Shown here one piece after another: positions 1 to 15,024 of a stretch of 64,000 bases of DNA. The stretch is from Eledone cirrhosa (lineage: Eukaryota), in assembly GCA_964016885.1 (NCBI GenBank), contig OZ024743.1:57040001-57104000 (forward strand), in the 5' to 3' direction. Each line of letters begins with the position of its first letter. The first letter of the stretch is position 1. The translations under genes and the position numbers were made by a program. The notes under the pieces were generated by a model. That model did no database searches, was not told where the DNA came from, and was given only the letters and a program-made list of their open reading frames with translations.

Positions 1-940
1 TTGTGACCTGTGTTTACTGGAATGCCATGCCATAATACACTCTAAACTGAACCTGCTTAACAGGAAATCGGTGGGGGTTGCGTAATATATGTTACGTCTA
101 TGTGCTATGTTTAAACACAAACGCACATGACCGCACAGATGAGCAATGGACCATGTCACGTGGGTTGAACTTGCAAGTGAATTGAAGGATGTGTAACTCT
201 GATATACAGATTATTTATTATTAAGATGTATAAACTTGACATAACTATTATCATCTTATATTCTCTCAACTAATCACATTTGATTATATTTCTCTATCCC
301 GTTTTCTCCCCCCATATTTATAATATTTTTATTTGACAAAATCGGTTTTTTTACATTGTGTTTTTCCCTTCTAATACTTGCTTATATTTTTTTTATATAT
401 TCTCTATATATTTTTTATATATATATATTTTTTTATCTTTATTCTTATTTTCACTCTTATCCTCCTTTATATTTTACCTTATTCTTACTTTTATACCTTA
501 TTATAGTGTAATCTTCCCCATGCCTTATTATACATTATTAATTATAGATTATTATTATTACTCTTATCCCATTTCTAATTACCTCATGTACTTTCTCCTC
601 CGTTATATATATATTGTATGCCCTTTGTGTGTGTGTAGCCTCTGCACCCTACTATCGACGCCACCCCATCTATGGCTCCACTAACCACTCGACTCCCGGG
701 AATGAATATGACCACAGCTAGTAAACAAGGACCCACACCCCACCCTCCCGCACCAAAATTAGACTTATCGTCCCCTGCTTTTGCTCTTTACTCTCTAAAC
801 TCTTTGTTCTTGAATGTTTGGTTGGTAGAGTCCATAACACCAATCAAACCCCTTTTATAGCTCTGAAGAATCCTACGGTTACGTAAGGAAGAAACATTGT
901 AAGCCAATAAAAATCTTTTGATGTTGTAGACGCTCTTGTG
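1..940 (+). mobile_element. Probable 3' UTR/terminus of a Penelope-like element (5' part outside window)
   Basis: Non-coding stretch ending in a minimal hammerhead motif (860-904), AATAAA (906-911), a short T-rich tail and then a (TA)n array; same layout as the PLE ends at 2357 and 9357. Confidence 0.55.
860..904 (+). ncRNA. Minimal type I hammerhead ribozyme motif
   Basis: GCT-CTGAAGA-a-TCCTACG-gtta-CGTAAGGA-a-GAAAC-att-GTA-AGC: stem I 3 bp, core CUGANGA/GAAA, stem II 7 bp with bulge, GUA cleavage triplet. Confidence 0.7.
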
Positions 941-944
941 TTCT

Positions 945-1104
<160 letters not shown>

Positions 1105-1107
<3 letters not shown>

Positions 1108-1291
1108 ATTGTTTCTACTTTAGGCACAAGGCCAGCAATTACCCAGTGTATTACTGGTACTTTACTATATCGACGCCGTAAGGATGAAAGGCAAAGTTAA
1201 CCTCGGCGGGATTTGAACTCAGAATGGCAAGGGCCGTAACTCTATGCGCAAAAGCATGGCATCCGGCACTCTACCAATACTGCCAATCCAC
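1105..1291 (-). mobile_element. tRNA-derived SINE, family A (core ttgcctttcatcctt.cggggtcgataaaataaagtaccag; resembles the Meta-domain)
   Basis: Minus strand has A-box-like TGGCAGTATTGG, B-box GAGTTCAAATCC and a core shared with >12 copies in the window. Confidence 0.8.
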
Positions 1292-1311
1292 TGTATTATA
1301 TATATATAATA

Positions 1312-1674
1312 CTAGCCGAATTATCCGCACGTTGCTGCGTTTCACACATTCTTTTGTAAGAAATTGATGATTGATTTTAAATCAGTGATATAATTGATGG
1401 AGAAAAACTCCATTAGGGTGTCGTAATATTACTGAAATTTTGTGAATAGGCATCATATCTTGTCATTTACCTGGGGTTTAAATTTCATATAAATCGAAGG
1501 GAAAACATTTTAAGCGGGGGTTTGTGCCCCCGGAGAATCCTTTGCTTATGAAATATACTTATCCAAGTACCCTGGGCAATGTAGTTTCAGAATATATATG
1601 GTTATGGCGGTCTATCTCCAAAACCATAGGAGGAGTTCGAGAACAGACAGGAACTACAACTTTATATATATAGA
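1312..1674 (-). mobile_element. Non-autonomous Helitron-like element
   Basis: Minus strand begins A|TC(TATATATAT) and ends with a GC hairpin (CGCAGCAACGTGCG) followed by CTAG|T. Confidence 0.6.
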
Positions 1675-1675
1675 T

Positions 1676-1708
<33 letters not shown>

Positions 1709-1717
1709 CATATATAT

Positions 1718-1760
<43 letters not shown>

Positions 1761-1832
1761 TATACACACACACACACACATATATATATACATATATATA
1801 CACACACATATACATATAAATATATACATATG

Positions 1833-1894
<62 letters not shown>

Positions 1895-1915
1895 TATATA
1901 CATATATATATATAC

Positions 1916-1961
<46 letters not shown>

Positions 1962-2077
1962 ATATATATACATATATCTATATACATATATATATATACA
2001 TATACATATATATATACATATATATATATACATATATATATACATAAACATATATATATATACATATATATATATAC

Positions 2078-2126
<49 letters not shown>

Positions 2127-2152
2127 CATATATATATATACATATATATATA
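1675..2152. repeat. (TA)n/(TACA)n microsatellite
   Basis: Direct inspection. Confidence 0.95.
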
Positions 2153-2159
2153 GTATTAG

Positions 2160-4553
2160 TTATACTATTTATGGTTATGTAAATACAAGACCTTAAGCAG
2201 TTGTAAGTATTTTACACACACCCTAAATAGTGGTAGGCAGTATTGTATTACTACCTTATTACCAGTAAGTTAAGTAGCTCAATGTAAAAACATCAGATGA
2301 TTTACAGAGCAGTTATATGAAATATAAGAATCAAAGAACTGTTCAAAACATTATTGTGCTTACAGCTGTTTCCTCCAAACCGAGGTTTGGATTCTTCGGA
2401 GCAATTTATTAATGCATGGACAGTTATATGACCTCCTTTTCAGCCGAGAGACATACCAATACATATTCAAACATTGATACATATTCAAACATTGTGGGTC
2501 AACATTCATTACAGAATTTAGAGTGGCAGTACACACTTCGAGATTACATTTATATTAATAGGTACAATCAAAAATCAAAAATATAGGTTAAAATACAACA
2601 TGAAGATAAGCGGTTATATAGTGCAAATGTTATATGTGTGGCACGCATGTGCGTCTTGTTTATATAGTGTGGCAGAGAGATATGTGTGGTAGAGGCACTT
2701 AGGTAGGTAAATAAGAGTGTTAGGTTGGTAGATCTGGTGGCAAATTCTTTATATGATTGATATAGTCTGTGTGTGGAGAAATATTATAAGCATTAAAGAT
2801 AGTGCAAGCATTAAAAGTGTTATAAGTAATGGAGATGCACAGCGCAGGGATGTCAAGTATTTCATGTACTTCGGCATTTTCATGGTCAGGGGAGTGTATT
2901 TTTCGATTATATGCCCTTCACATAATCCACGACAATCCAGTTAGAGATCGTAGTCTGGTGTTCTTTAGTTCGATACAGGAGGTTGTTACGTTTCTAGAAA
3001 CGCCATTGAATACCGCCCGGAAGTGTGTGTGTGGCAAAGGGGAGTTAATGCATGCGGGGAGGTAACTCTGGGGTTTCTATATCTAGCCATTAAAATGTGT
3101 CCCAATATAGACCCTAAATTCTATGGTGATGCGCATCTTCCAAGAGAGATTTTTAAAGCATAAAGTGTATTAACTATAGAGTAGTTTAATTAAGTTATGC
3201 TGAAGGTGATCATATTATTATGGTGGATTAACCCATCTTAAGGTGCCACAAATGGAAATTATAGATGATGAGCGAGGATTCTAAATTAATGATCTCTGTG
3301 GTTGTAGTCTGCTCATATGACCAGGCGCGGTGATTGCAGGCTTGCTTCAGGACCCAATGATCTCTGGTAAGATCTGGGTCATCGCTTGCTACATTTGATG
3401 TCGAAAGATAATCATCCCCAGGCCGGCCAAAGGTCAATCCGCAATCCTCGCGACCCCTCTCTGACCGTCAGATCATCCATATACGTACAACCCGCCCGGC
3501 AGTTGCAATGCATTCACTCACTGCGCTCAGCAGTCCGGTCCTACTGGTCAACAGCGCTACTCGATTAAATCATTTTATATCCGTCTAAGGAAGGTGTTTC
3601 CTCTGCACAACACTATCCAACCGATCAATTCATGCTCAAATTACCCTTAGAGCGGTGTAGTGCCGTTCAAGTGGGTGGATGTTGTCAGACCTGCCGTAGA
3701 GGTATAAATGGGTATTCTCCATGCGAAGGGTTCCAGAGGGATGTCGTTGTTTGTGTTATAATGGATCAGTTAGTGTTGGGTATGTAGTATAAGGTGTGTC
3801 TCTGGTGTTTGATGCTAGATGTGGTGTTAGGTTCCAGTCCGACCTTGCTATATATTGGGCTTAAAGTTTTGGAAGGAATGTCTGAGGCGGTGCTGGCAAG
3901 TTGCAAACACCTCAGATTTTTTGTTAAGTAGGTTACGGTTGGAGAAGATAATATTGTGTGTATCTAGTATACAGAGGTTACAGAATTTATTAGGTGGTTT
4001 GTACGAGGTCGCGCTGCCTATCACTTCCCATTTGAGTGTGTATGGTTTATTTTTAGATTTTAGATAGTGTATGTAGCTAGAAAGTGAGGTGGAGTTGGCT
4101 AGGCTGTGCTTTTTGAACGAGTGGATGTGCGAATTATATCTGATTTTGAAGCAGTTAGAAGTGGAGCCTAACATAGGTTTCTGAAGAGTTATTAGTCGTG
4201 ACGGTGCATGAGTATATGACATCCTTGGTTAGGCATTTTTTATCTAAAGGGCAGGTTCTATTAGCTCTACAGTTACAATTATCCTGTGCGTTAGTCCGCT
4301 GGTTATAATGCAATGCGGAAGTCTGTGTGGTAGATATAGGATTTTGGGTGTTCGGGTTGACAACCCTGGTGTTATTACTTATACTAGTGTTATTTCTATT
4401 GTTACTGCCGTTGCTATGGTTGCTTGCTACAGTGGTATTTAGAGGGTTTGCCTCCCGTTGTGATTTTGTTTGTTGGAAGTAAGAACTAATTTTACTATTA
4501 TTGCTGCTAGCTATGTGGTATGCTAAGTTAGGCGTCGTAGAGTATGAGATTTT
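2160..4553 (-). mobile_element. 5'-truncated Penelope-like element (RT thumb + GIY-YIG endonuclease + long 3' UTR), resembling the Hydra-type PLE motif set
   Basis: Minus strand translates KISYSTTPNL..., CNCRANRTCPLDKKCLTKDVIY..., (frameshift) YVGSTSNCFKIRYNSH...KWEVI...CNLC...LLNKKSE...CQH (ORF 3848-4222); hammerhead near 3' end; (TA)n on both flanks. Confidence 0.8.
2357..2404 (-). ncRNA. Minimal type I hammerhead motif with U4C core variant
   Basis: TGCT-CCGAAGA-a-TCCAAAC-ctcg-GTTTGGA-g-GAAAC-agct-GTA-AGCA: 4-bp stem I, 7-bp stem II, palindromic ACAGCTGT stem III. Confidence 0.65.
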
Positions 4554-4554
4554 A

Positions 4555-5747
<1,193 letters not shown>

Positions 5748-6382
5748 TATAAAGAAAAAGCGATGAAATCGAAAATGCAACTGGAGTCTTATTTTTTTTT
5801 AAAATATATATATTTATTTGGTTCCTTTTCCGGTTTCGCAGTTCTTCTGCTTTTCAAAAGGTGAGTTGAGATGGAGGGTCTGTGGTTTTTCTCACATCTG
5901 GTTGGTCTCTGAATGTTACTTGTTTTATATGGAAAAAGTGGCTCGAAATGCCAGGTTTTTCGAGAAGTAATTTGATTGGTTTGTCAATAATTATAATAAA
6001 TTTCGCGCCAGTTCGCGTTACAATAGTTCTTCAAATAAGGGGGGGGGGGGTTGTCACAGGTTGTTTTTTCATATATGAGTGTTTGAATTTCTTTTTACTG
6101 GAAAAAAGGAGGCTCACGAAGGCTTTTTTTGGTTGTTTATAAATCAAATTATGGCTGTCACGTGAACAAATTTTCATTAAATTTTTGTGCCCTTATTTGG
6201 AAATCCATTCTCTAGCCTTTTTAGAGAATCTTTTGATAAAAAGATAATGGTCAAGAGAAAGGGATGGGAGAATTGTTCTGGTTCAGTGAATATGGTTAGT
6301 TCGCTGGGGTGTCAGAATTCAGATTTTCTATTGAATAAAGAAAGTAAAGATATGTGTGTATATTTGTGTGCTTGTGTGTGTG

Positions 6383-6456
<74 letters not shown>

Positions 6457-6634
6457 GAATTTCTTTACTTTAGAAAAAGGTGGCTCACGAAGGCTTTTTT
6501 TTAATAAGCGTGATTTGATTGGTTATAAATGAAATTTGGCTGTCACGTGAACAAGTTTTCATTACATTTTTGCGCCCTTATTTGGAAAACTATTCTGTAG
6601 TCTTTATAGCGAATGTTATGACAATGGACAGATA
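5748..6634 (-). repeat. Inverted copy (~880 bp) of the PLE 3' pseudo-LTR
   Basis: Near-identical reverse complement of 8628-9470; mirrored spurious ORFs 5882/9336 and 6187/9034 confirm it. Confidence 0.95.
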
Positions 6635-8162
6635 CAATGTGAAACACACAGATTGAGCAACTTTATAGACATACTACTTAAACAAATACTGAAACACATA
6701 CTAAGCCTTGTAAGAGACGATCTGGACCTCTTAAACCACCTCCCCAAACATGTCAACAACGACACTATTATTGTGTCTTTCGATGTAGTGAATCTCTACA
6801 CAACGATCCCACACCAATACGGACTAGAAGCAATAGGATTCTGGCTAGAGAAATATCCCAATGAGATACCTGACAGAATAGAAAAAAGCTTCATCACCGA
6901 GGGATTAAAATTCATCCTACAGAACAACTTTTTTGATTTAGATGGCAATACTTACAAGCAAATATCGGGGACTGCGATGGGTACAAAAGCCGCTCCAACT
7001 TGTGCCAACTTAGTTATGGCATACTTAAAAGTCCAGATATATGAACAGTCCAAATCAAAATACGGATTGAACTTCCACAAATATTTATCAGAGAATTGGA
7101 AACGCTACTTGGATGATTGCCTAATTCTTTGGTCCCACACACTCGACCAACTGAAGGATTTCAAAAACTTAATAAATGGAATCAATAACCACATCCAATT
7201 CACAATGGAATACAGCCAAGATCAACTCCCATTTCTGGACATCTTAATCTTAAAAAAAGACACAAATATCGAAACTGACATACACTACAAACCAACAGAT
7301 TCCAAACAATATCTGCTATTCACCTCCAACCATCCAAAGCACACGAAGACGAACATTCCTTTTAACCTAGCAAGAAGAATTTGCACAATTGTCTCCAATT
7401 ATGAAACGCGAAATAAAAGACTTCAAGAATTAAAGGAAATTCTACTCGAGAGAGAGTACCCACTATTACTAATAAATAATGGAATAGAAAGGGCTAAAGC
7501 AATAGGCATTGATGAATTACGGAAACAGAAACAAATTCAAGGTACGTCCAATATTCTATCATATATCTCAACACACAACCCAAGAAATGCGGAAGCTTAC
7601 AACACCTATTCACAATAACATCCCACTACTAAAACAAAACCCAAGAATGAAAAAAGCCCTTGAAACACACAAAATAATCAAAAGCAAAAGACAACCAAAA
7701 TCACTGAAAACATTACTCACCAATGCCAAATTACCTACCACAAACCCACAACCAAGTATCAAAAAATGTGGTTGCTCTAATTGTGGAACCTGCACTCACC
7801 TCATTGAAGGCAACACGTATACATTTAAATCAGGACAAAATTTTACTGTAAAAAATCACTTCACTTGCTCATCAAAAAATCTATTTTATGCCATTAAATG
7901 TAAAGGATGCAATGAAGATTATATAGGACAAACTAAACTCACACTCAGAAACAGAATGACAGTTCATCGCCAACAATTACGAGATCCAACCACGAGACAG
8001 ATACCACTAAGTACACATCTAGACATTTGCGCAAGTAATAAGACACCCAAATTCCAAGTCTTCCCATTTTACCTTTGCGCTAACAATACAACAGAACAAA
8101 TGCGAATAAATAAGGAAAATATGTTTATTCAAAAATATAGACCAACATTAAATAAGGTTTAA
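6635..8162 (+). pseudogene. PLE reverse transcriptase + Cys-rich linker + GIY-YIG endonuclease, N-terminally truncated, frameshift near 7600
   Basis: SFDVVNLYTTIP, YKQISGTAMGT, WKRYLDD, LPFLDILI, HYKPTD, HPKHTK; linker CGCSNCGTC; NLFYAIKCKGCNEDYIGQT...RMTVH...E...LN. Confidence 0.9.
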
Positions 8163-8539
8163 TATACATTATGTCAACACCATAATATGACATACACACA
8201 CACACATAACACCTTCTACTTTAGAAAATAAAAACCCGAACTAAATAAACCTTAACATACGTTTGCACTGACAATACAAATAAGTAAGGAAAATATGTTC
8301 ATTCAAAAATATTCCTACTAAAGGAATCACTTTCCTACACACACACACAATATATATATATATATATATTCTCTTCATCTTAACATGCTAACCATACTCC
8401 CACACACACACATAACACCCATATACACACACACACAACTCCCTCCCCCATTTCTACAAATAGAATCATCTTCCAATACACACATACACACACATACACA
8501 CACATACACACACACAAGCAGACAAATAAACATACATAT

Positions 8540-8788
8540 CTTCACTTCAATAGAAAATCTGAACTCTGACACCCCAGCGAACTAACCATATTCACTGAAC
8601 CAGAACAATCCCTTTTTTCTTGACCACTATCTGTCCATTGTCATAACATTCGCTATAAAGACTACAGAATAGTTTTCCAAATAAGGGCGCAAAAATGTAA
8701 TGAAAACTTGTTCACGTGACAGCCAAATTTCATTTATAACCAATCAAATCACGCTTATTAAAAAAAAGCCTTCGTGAGCCACCTTTTT

Positions 8789-8838
<50 letters not shown>

Positions 8839-9300
8839 CACACACACAAGCACACAAATAAACACACATATCTTTACTTTCTTTATTCAATAGAAAATCT
8901 GAATTCTGACACCCCAGCGAACTAACCATATTCACTGAACCAGAACAATTCTCCCATCCCTTTCTCTTGATCATTATCTTTTTATCAAAAAATTCTCTAA
9001 AAAGGCTAGAGAATGGATTACCAAATAAGGGCACAAAAATTTAATGAAAATTTGTTCACGTGACCGCCATAATTTGATTTATAAACAACCAAAAAAAGCC
9101 TTCGTGAGCCTCCTTTTTTCCAGTAAAAAGAAATTCAAACACTCATATATGAAAAAACAACCTGTGACCCCCCCCCCCCTTATTTGAAGAACTATTGTAA
9201 CGCGAACTGGCGCGAAATTTATTATAATTATTGACAAACCAATCAAATTACTTCTCGAAAAACCTGGCATTTCGAGCCACTTTTTCCATATAAAACAAGT
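8540..9300 (+). repeat. Diverged ~340-bp tandem subunits within the PLE 3' UTR
   Basis: ttcaatagaaaatctgaa.tctgacaccccagcgaactaacc at ~8547 and ~8887; aaaaagccttcgtgagcc at ~8763 and ~9093. Confidence 0.8.
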
Positions 9301-9356
9301 AACATTCAGAGACCAACCAGATGAGAAAAAATCCACAGACCCTCCATCTCAACTCA

Positions 9357-9394
9357 CCTTTTGAAAAGCAGAAGAACTGCGAAACCGGTAAAGG
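9357..9394 (+). ncRNA. Minimal type I hammerhead ribozyme, U3-A8 covariant core
   Basis: CCTT-TTGAAAA-GCAG-aagaa-CTGC-GAAAC-cg-GTA-AAGG followed by AATAAA (9400-9405). Confidence 0.75.
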
Positions 9395-9535
9395 AACCAA
9401 ATAAATATATATATTTAAAAAAAAAATAAGACTCCAGTTGCATTTTCGATTTCATCTCTTTTTCTTTATACTTTCACTCGTGTAGGACACCTCGGTTATT
9501 TTCATTTTGTAAAAAAAACCTCACTTTCTAATATA

Positions 9536-9569
<34 letters not shown>

Positions 9570-9638
9570 CATATATATATATAAATATATATATATACGA
9601 ATATATGTATATACATATATATATACTTATATATATAG

Positions 9639-9719
<81 letters not shown>

Positions 9720-9856
9720 CATATATATATATACATGTATATATATATATACACATATATATATATACATATATATATATACATATATATATATATACAT
9801 ATATATATACATATATATATATATACATATATATATATACATAAATATATATATAC

Positions 9857-9887
<31 letters not shown>

Positions 9888-9908
9888 CATACATACATAT
9901 ATATATAT

Positions 9909-10490
9909 GGTGGCAGCCAACTCGTTTTCGAGTACGGCCACCACTTTATATCCATGTAGGAGAAACCCTACGCGCTGAACGAGTGTGACTTTTTAGTCCA
10001 GCCAGCGACTTGAAAATTCTGGTACAAACACTACAGCTGTGACAATTATTGACACAGTGCTGGCCCATGGTACCATGTGACGACAAGTGCAGAGAGATCT
10101 CCAGATATAAAGCAATGCCGGTGCCGTGAAGCTTTTATAGTGAGCAAAGGCACTGCACAAAGACAGTCCCACTCTCTTAACCAAGATGATATTTACCGGA
10201 AAGAAGAACATGTCAGGTCACCAGTTGGTGCTACTGGTAACATGTATCCCAGTACAACCTGTCTCATGGTCGGGTCGTTGGCGACTAAACTGGCAACCCC
10301 ACCAAGGTTTCTTGGTGAAGAGAGTGACTTTGGACATCCTGCAGGACTAAAAACAAAACCTGTCAAAGGGCAAAGGAGCTCTTAAGAGTCAATGGCCATC
10401 CAAAATCACCGGGAGAGATGACCCCTTAGCCTTTCTCAAGGCAGAATTCTAGGAGAAGGAAAACTCTGATATAACACCTGCAACCTTCAT

Positions 10491-10492
<2 letters not shown>
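9909..10492 (+). mobile_element. Non-coding retroelement fragment, possibly an RTE-type LINE 5' UTR
   Basis: More GC-rich island in (TA)n; motifs ctggcaaccccacc and ctaggagaaggaaaactctga recall invertebrate RTE 5' regions (recognition only). Confidence 0.35.
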
Positions 10493-10531
<39 letters not shown>

Positions 10532-10532
10532 T

Positions 10533-10586
<54 letters not shown>

Positions 10587-10630
10587 CATATATATATATA
10601 TATACGTATATATATACATATATATATATG

Positions 10631-10666
<36 letters not shown>

Positions 10667-10710
10667 AATATATATACATATATATAAATATATATACATA
10701 TATATGCATA

Positions 10711-10744
<34 letters not shown>

Positions 10745-10795
10745 CATATATGCATATATATATATACATATATATATATACATATATATATATAT

Positions 10796-10868
<73 letters not shown>

Positions 10869-10908
10869 TATATATATACGAATATATGTATATACATATA
10901 TATATATA

Positions 10909-10945
<37 letters not shown>

Positions 10946-10970
10946 TATATATATATATACATATATATAC

Positions 10971-11005
<35 letters not shown>

Positions 11006-11064
11006 CACATATATATATACATATATATATATACATATATATATAAATACATATATATATATAC

Positions 11065-11095
<31 letters not shown>

Positions 11096-11112
11096 CATAC
11101 ATATATATATAC

Positions 11113-11145
<33 letters not shown>

Positions 11146-11173
11146 CACAATATATATATACATATATATATAC

Positions 11174-11234
<61 letters not shown>

Positions 11235-11241
11235 TATATAC

Positions 11242-11272
<31 letters not shown>

Positions 11273-11358
11273 CATATATATGTATATACAATATACATAT
11301 ATATACATATATATATACATATATATATATACATATATATACATACATATATATATAC

Positions 11359-11389
<31 letters not shown>

Positions 11390-11412
11390 CATATATGCAT
11401 ATATATATATAC

Positions 11413-11496
<84 letters not shown>

Positions 11497-11536
11497 TATA
11501 TATATACGAATATATGTATATACATATATATATATA

Positions 11537-11584
<48 letters not shown>

Positions 11585-11690
11585 CATATATATACATATA
11601 TATATAATATATACATATATATATATATATACACATATATATATACATATATATATATACATACATATATAAATACATATATATATATAC

Positions 11691-11721
<31 letters not shown>

Positions 11722-11738
11722 CATACATATATATATAC

Positions 11739-11773
<35 letters not shown>

Positions 11774-11800
11774 CACATATATATATACATATATATATAC

Positions 11801-11871
<71 letters not shown>

Positions 11872-11976
11872 TATATACATATATATATACATATATATAT
11901 ATACATATATATATACATATATATATATATATACATATATATGTATATACATATACATATATATACATATATATAC

Positions 11977-12015
<39 letters not shown>

Positions 12016-12032
12016 CATATATATATATATAC

Positions 12033-12063
<31 letters not shown>

Positions 12064-12103
12064 CATATATATTATATATATACATATATGTATATATATA
12101 TAC

Positions 12104-12196
<93 letters not shown>

Positions 12197-12259
12197 CATA
12201 CATATATATATACATATATATATATATACATATATATATATACACATATATATATATAC

Positions 12260-12302
<43 letters not shown>

Positions 12303-12335
12303 TATATACATATATATATACATATATATATATAC

Positions 12336-12402
<67 letters not shown>

Positions 12403-12487
12403 TATATACATATACATATACATACATATATATATATATACATATATATACATATATATATATACATATATATAAATATACATATAC

Positions 12488-12535
<48 letters not shown>

Positions 12536-12572
12536 ATATACATTTATATTTATATATATATACATTTATATT

Positions 12573-12626
<54 letters not shown>

Positions 12627-12739
12627 TATATACATATATATATACATATATATATATACATATATATATATACATATATATACATATATATATATATATA
12701 CAAATATATACATATATATATATACATATATATATATAC

Positions 12740-12772
<33 letters not shown>

Positions 12773-12801
12773 CAAATATATACATATATATATATATATA
12801 C

Positions 12802-12849
<48 letters not shown>

Positions 12850-13088
12850 GTATACATATATATATATGTATACATATATATATATATATACATATATATA
12901 TATGTATACATATATATATATATATACATATATATATATGTATACATATATATATATGTATTCATATATATATATGTATACATATATATATATACATATA
13001 TATATATGTATACATATATATATATGTATACATATATATATATGTATACATGTATATATATACATACATATATATATATACATACATA

Positions 13089-13352
13089 CGGCCCTGCTCT
13101 CTTCAACATCACACCAGGACACGTCAAAACAGAAACTGACCACACAAAATTCAAGAAGTCTTTGGACAAATTCCTCCAAGTAATCCCGGACAAACCACCC
13201 ACACCCGGATATGTCTCCGCAAACAGTAATTCTCTTCTCGAATGGGCCATGGTGCCCAAATCCTGAATTGAAAGACTTCGCCAGGTGGTGCTATTAAGTT
13301 AGACATGGCCTGGGCCAATACTGGCCAAAACATTTCAAAGTTATTCAAAGTT
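13089..13352 (+). mobile_element. Severely 5'-truncated copy of the CR1 LINE 3' end
   Basis: Nearly identical to 17999-18260; encodes [10 protein letters not shown]...[15 protein letters not shown]; TTCAAAGTTA tail. Confidence 0.9.
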
Positions 13353-13360
13353 ATATATAC

Positions 13361-13393
<33 letters not shown>

Positions 13394-13416
13394 CATATAT
13401 ATACATATATATATAC

Positions 13417-13447
<31 letters not shown>

Positions 13448-13813
13448 CATATATATATACACATATATATATATATATACACATATATATATATTTACAT
13501 ATATATATACATATATATATACATATATACATATATACATATATATATATACATATATACATATATATATATATATACATACATATATATATATACATAC
13601 ATATATTATATACATATATATATATTTATATACATATATACATACATATATTATATACATATATATATATTTATATACATATATATATACATATACATAT
13701 ATATACATATATATATATATACATATATATATATACATATATATACATATATATATAGATATATATATATGTACATATATATATACATATACATATATAT
13801 AGATATATATACA

Positions 13814-13847
<34 letters not shown>

Positions 13848-13980
13848 CACATATATATAGATATATATACATATATATATATATGATATACATATATATA
13901 CATATATATACATATATACATATATATATACATATATACATATATATATACATATATAATATATACATATATATATATAC

Positions 13981-14033
<53 letters not shown>

Positions 14034-14091
14034 CATATATATATATATACATTATATATACATATATATATATACATATATATATATATAC

Positions 14092-14166
<75 letters not shown>

Positions 14167-14216
14167 CATATACATTATATATATACATTTATATTTATAT
14201 ACATATATATATATAC

Positions 14217-14247
<31 letters not shown>

Positions 14248-14260
14248 CATATATATATAC

Positions 14261-14295
<35 letters not shown>

Positions 14296-14432
14296 CATAC
14301 ATATACATATATATATACAAATATATACATATATATATATATACATATACATATATATATATGGGGGAGGGTCATATTTGCGTAATATTGCCAGAATTAA
14401 TAACAAATATATATACATTTATATTTATATAC

Positions 14433-14465
<33 letters not shown>

Positions 14466-14480
14466 CATATATATATATAC

Positions 14481-14539
<59 letters not shown>

Positions 14540-14595
14540 CATATATATACATATATATATACAAATATATACATATATATATATATATACATATA

Positions 14596-14712
14596 GGCGT
14601 GTGGCTGAGTGGTTAGAGAATTGGATTCGCAATCGTAAGGTTGTGAGTTCGATTCCTGGACCAGGCGATGCGTTATGTCCTTGAGCAAGACGCTTTATTT
14701 CACGTTGCTCCT
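14596..14712 (+). mobile_element. tRNA-derived SINE, family B (CORE-like tgtccttgagcaagacacttt)
   Basis: A-box TGGCTGAGTGG, B-box GAGTTCGATTCC, CORE-like body shared with >10 copies. Confidence 0.8.
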
Positions 14713-14815
14713 TCTACCTGGAGTTGCGACCGATAGATAGTATTAGCAATTGGGAAAGACCAACGGAAACATTGTTCCCTCGGTCCGATTTGACGAAAAG
14801 TCGATCGTTCCTTTA

Positions 14816-14896
<81 letters not shown>

Positions 14897-14897
14897 C

Positions 14898-14932
<35 letters not shown>

Positions 14933-14988
14933 TATTTATATATGTATACATATATATATATGTATACATATATATATATGTATACATA

Positions 14989-15024
<36 letters not shown>

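Larger units (their letters stand above)
5748..9530 (+). mobile_element. 5'-truncated Penelope-like element (Neptune-like) with inverted pseudo-LTR
   Basis: RT and GIY-YIG coding region 6635-8162; 5748-6634 is the reverse complement of 8628-9470; (TA)n on both flanks. Confidence 0.9.

Noticed and set aside
5882-6504. Duplicated small genes mirrored at 8744-9336
   Set aside because: Antisense translations of the PLE pseudo-LTR inverted repeat
9908-10300. HDV-like or twister ribozyme
   Set aside because: P1/P3-like pairings exist but L3/P1.1 (CC/GG) and the twister AAGC/GAGGG elements are missing; kept only as an unexplained structure
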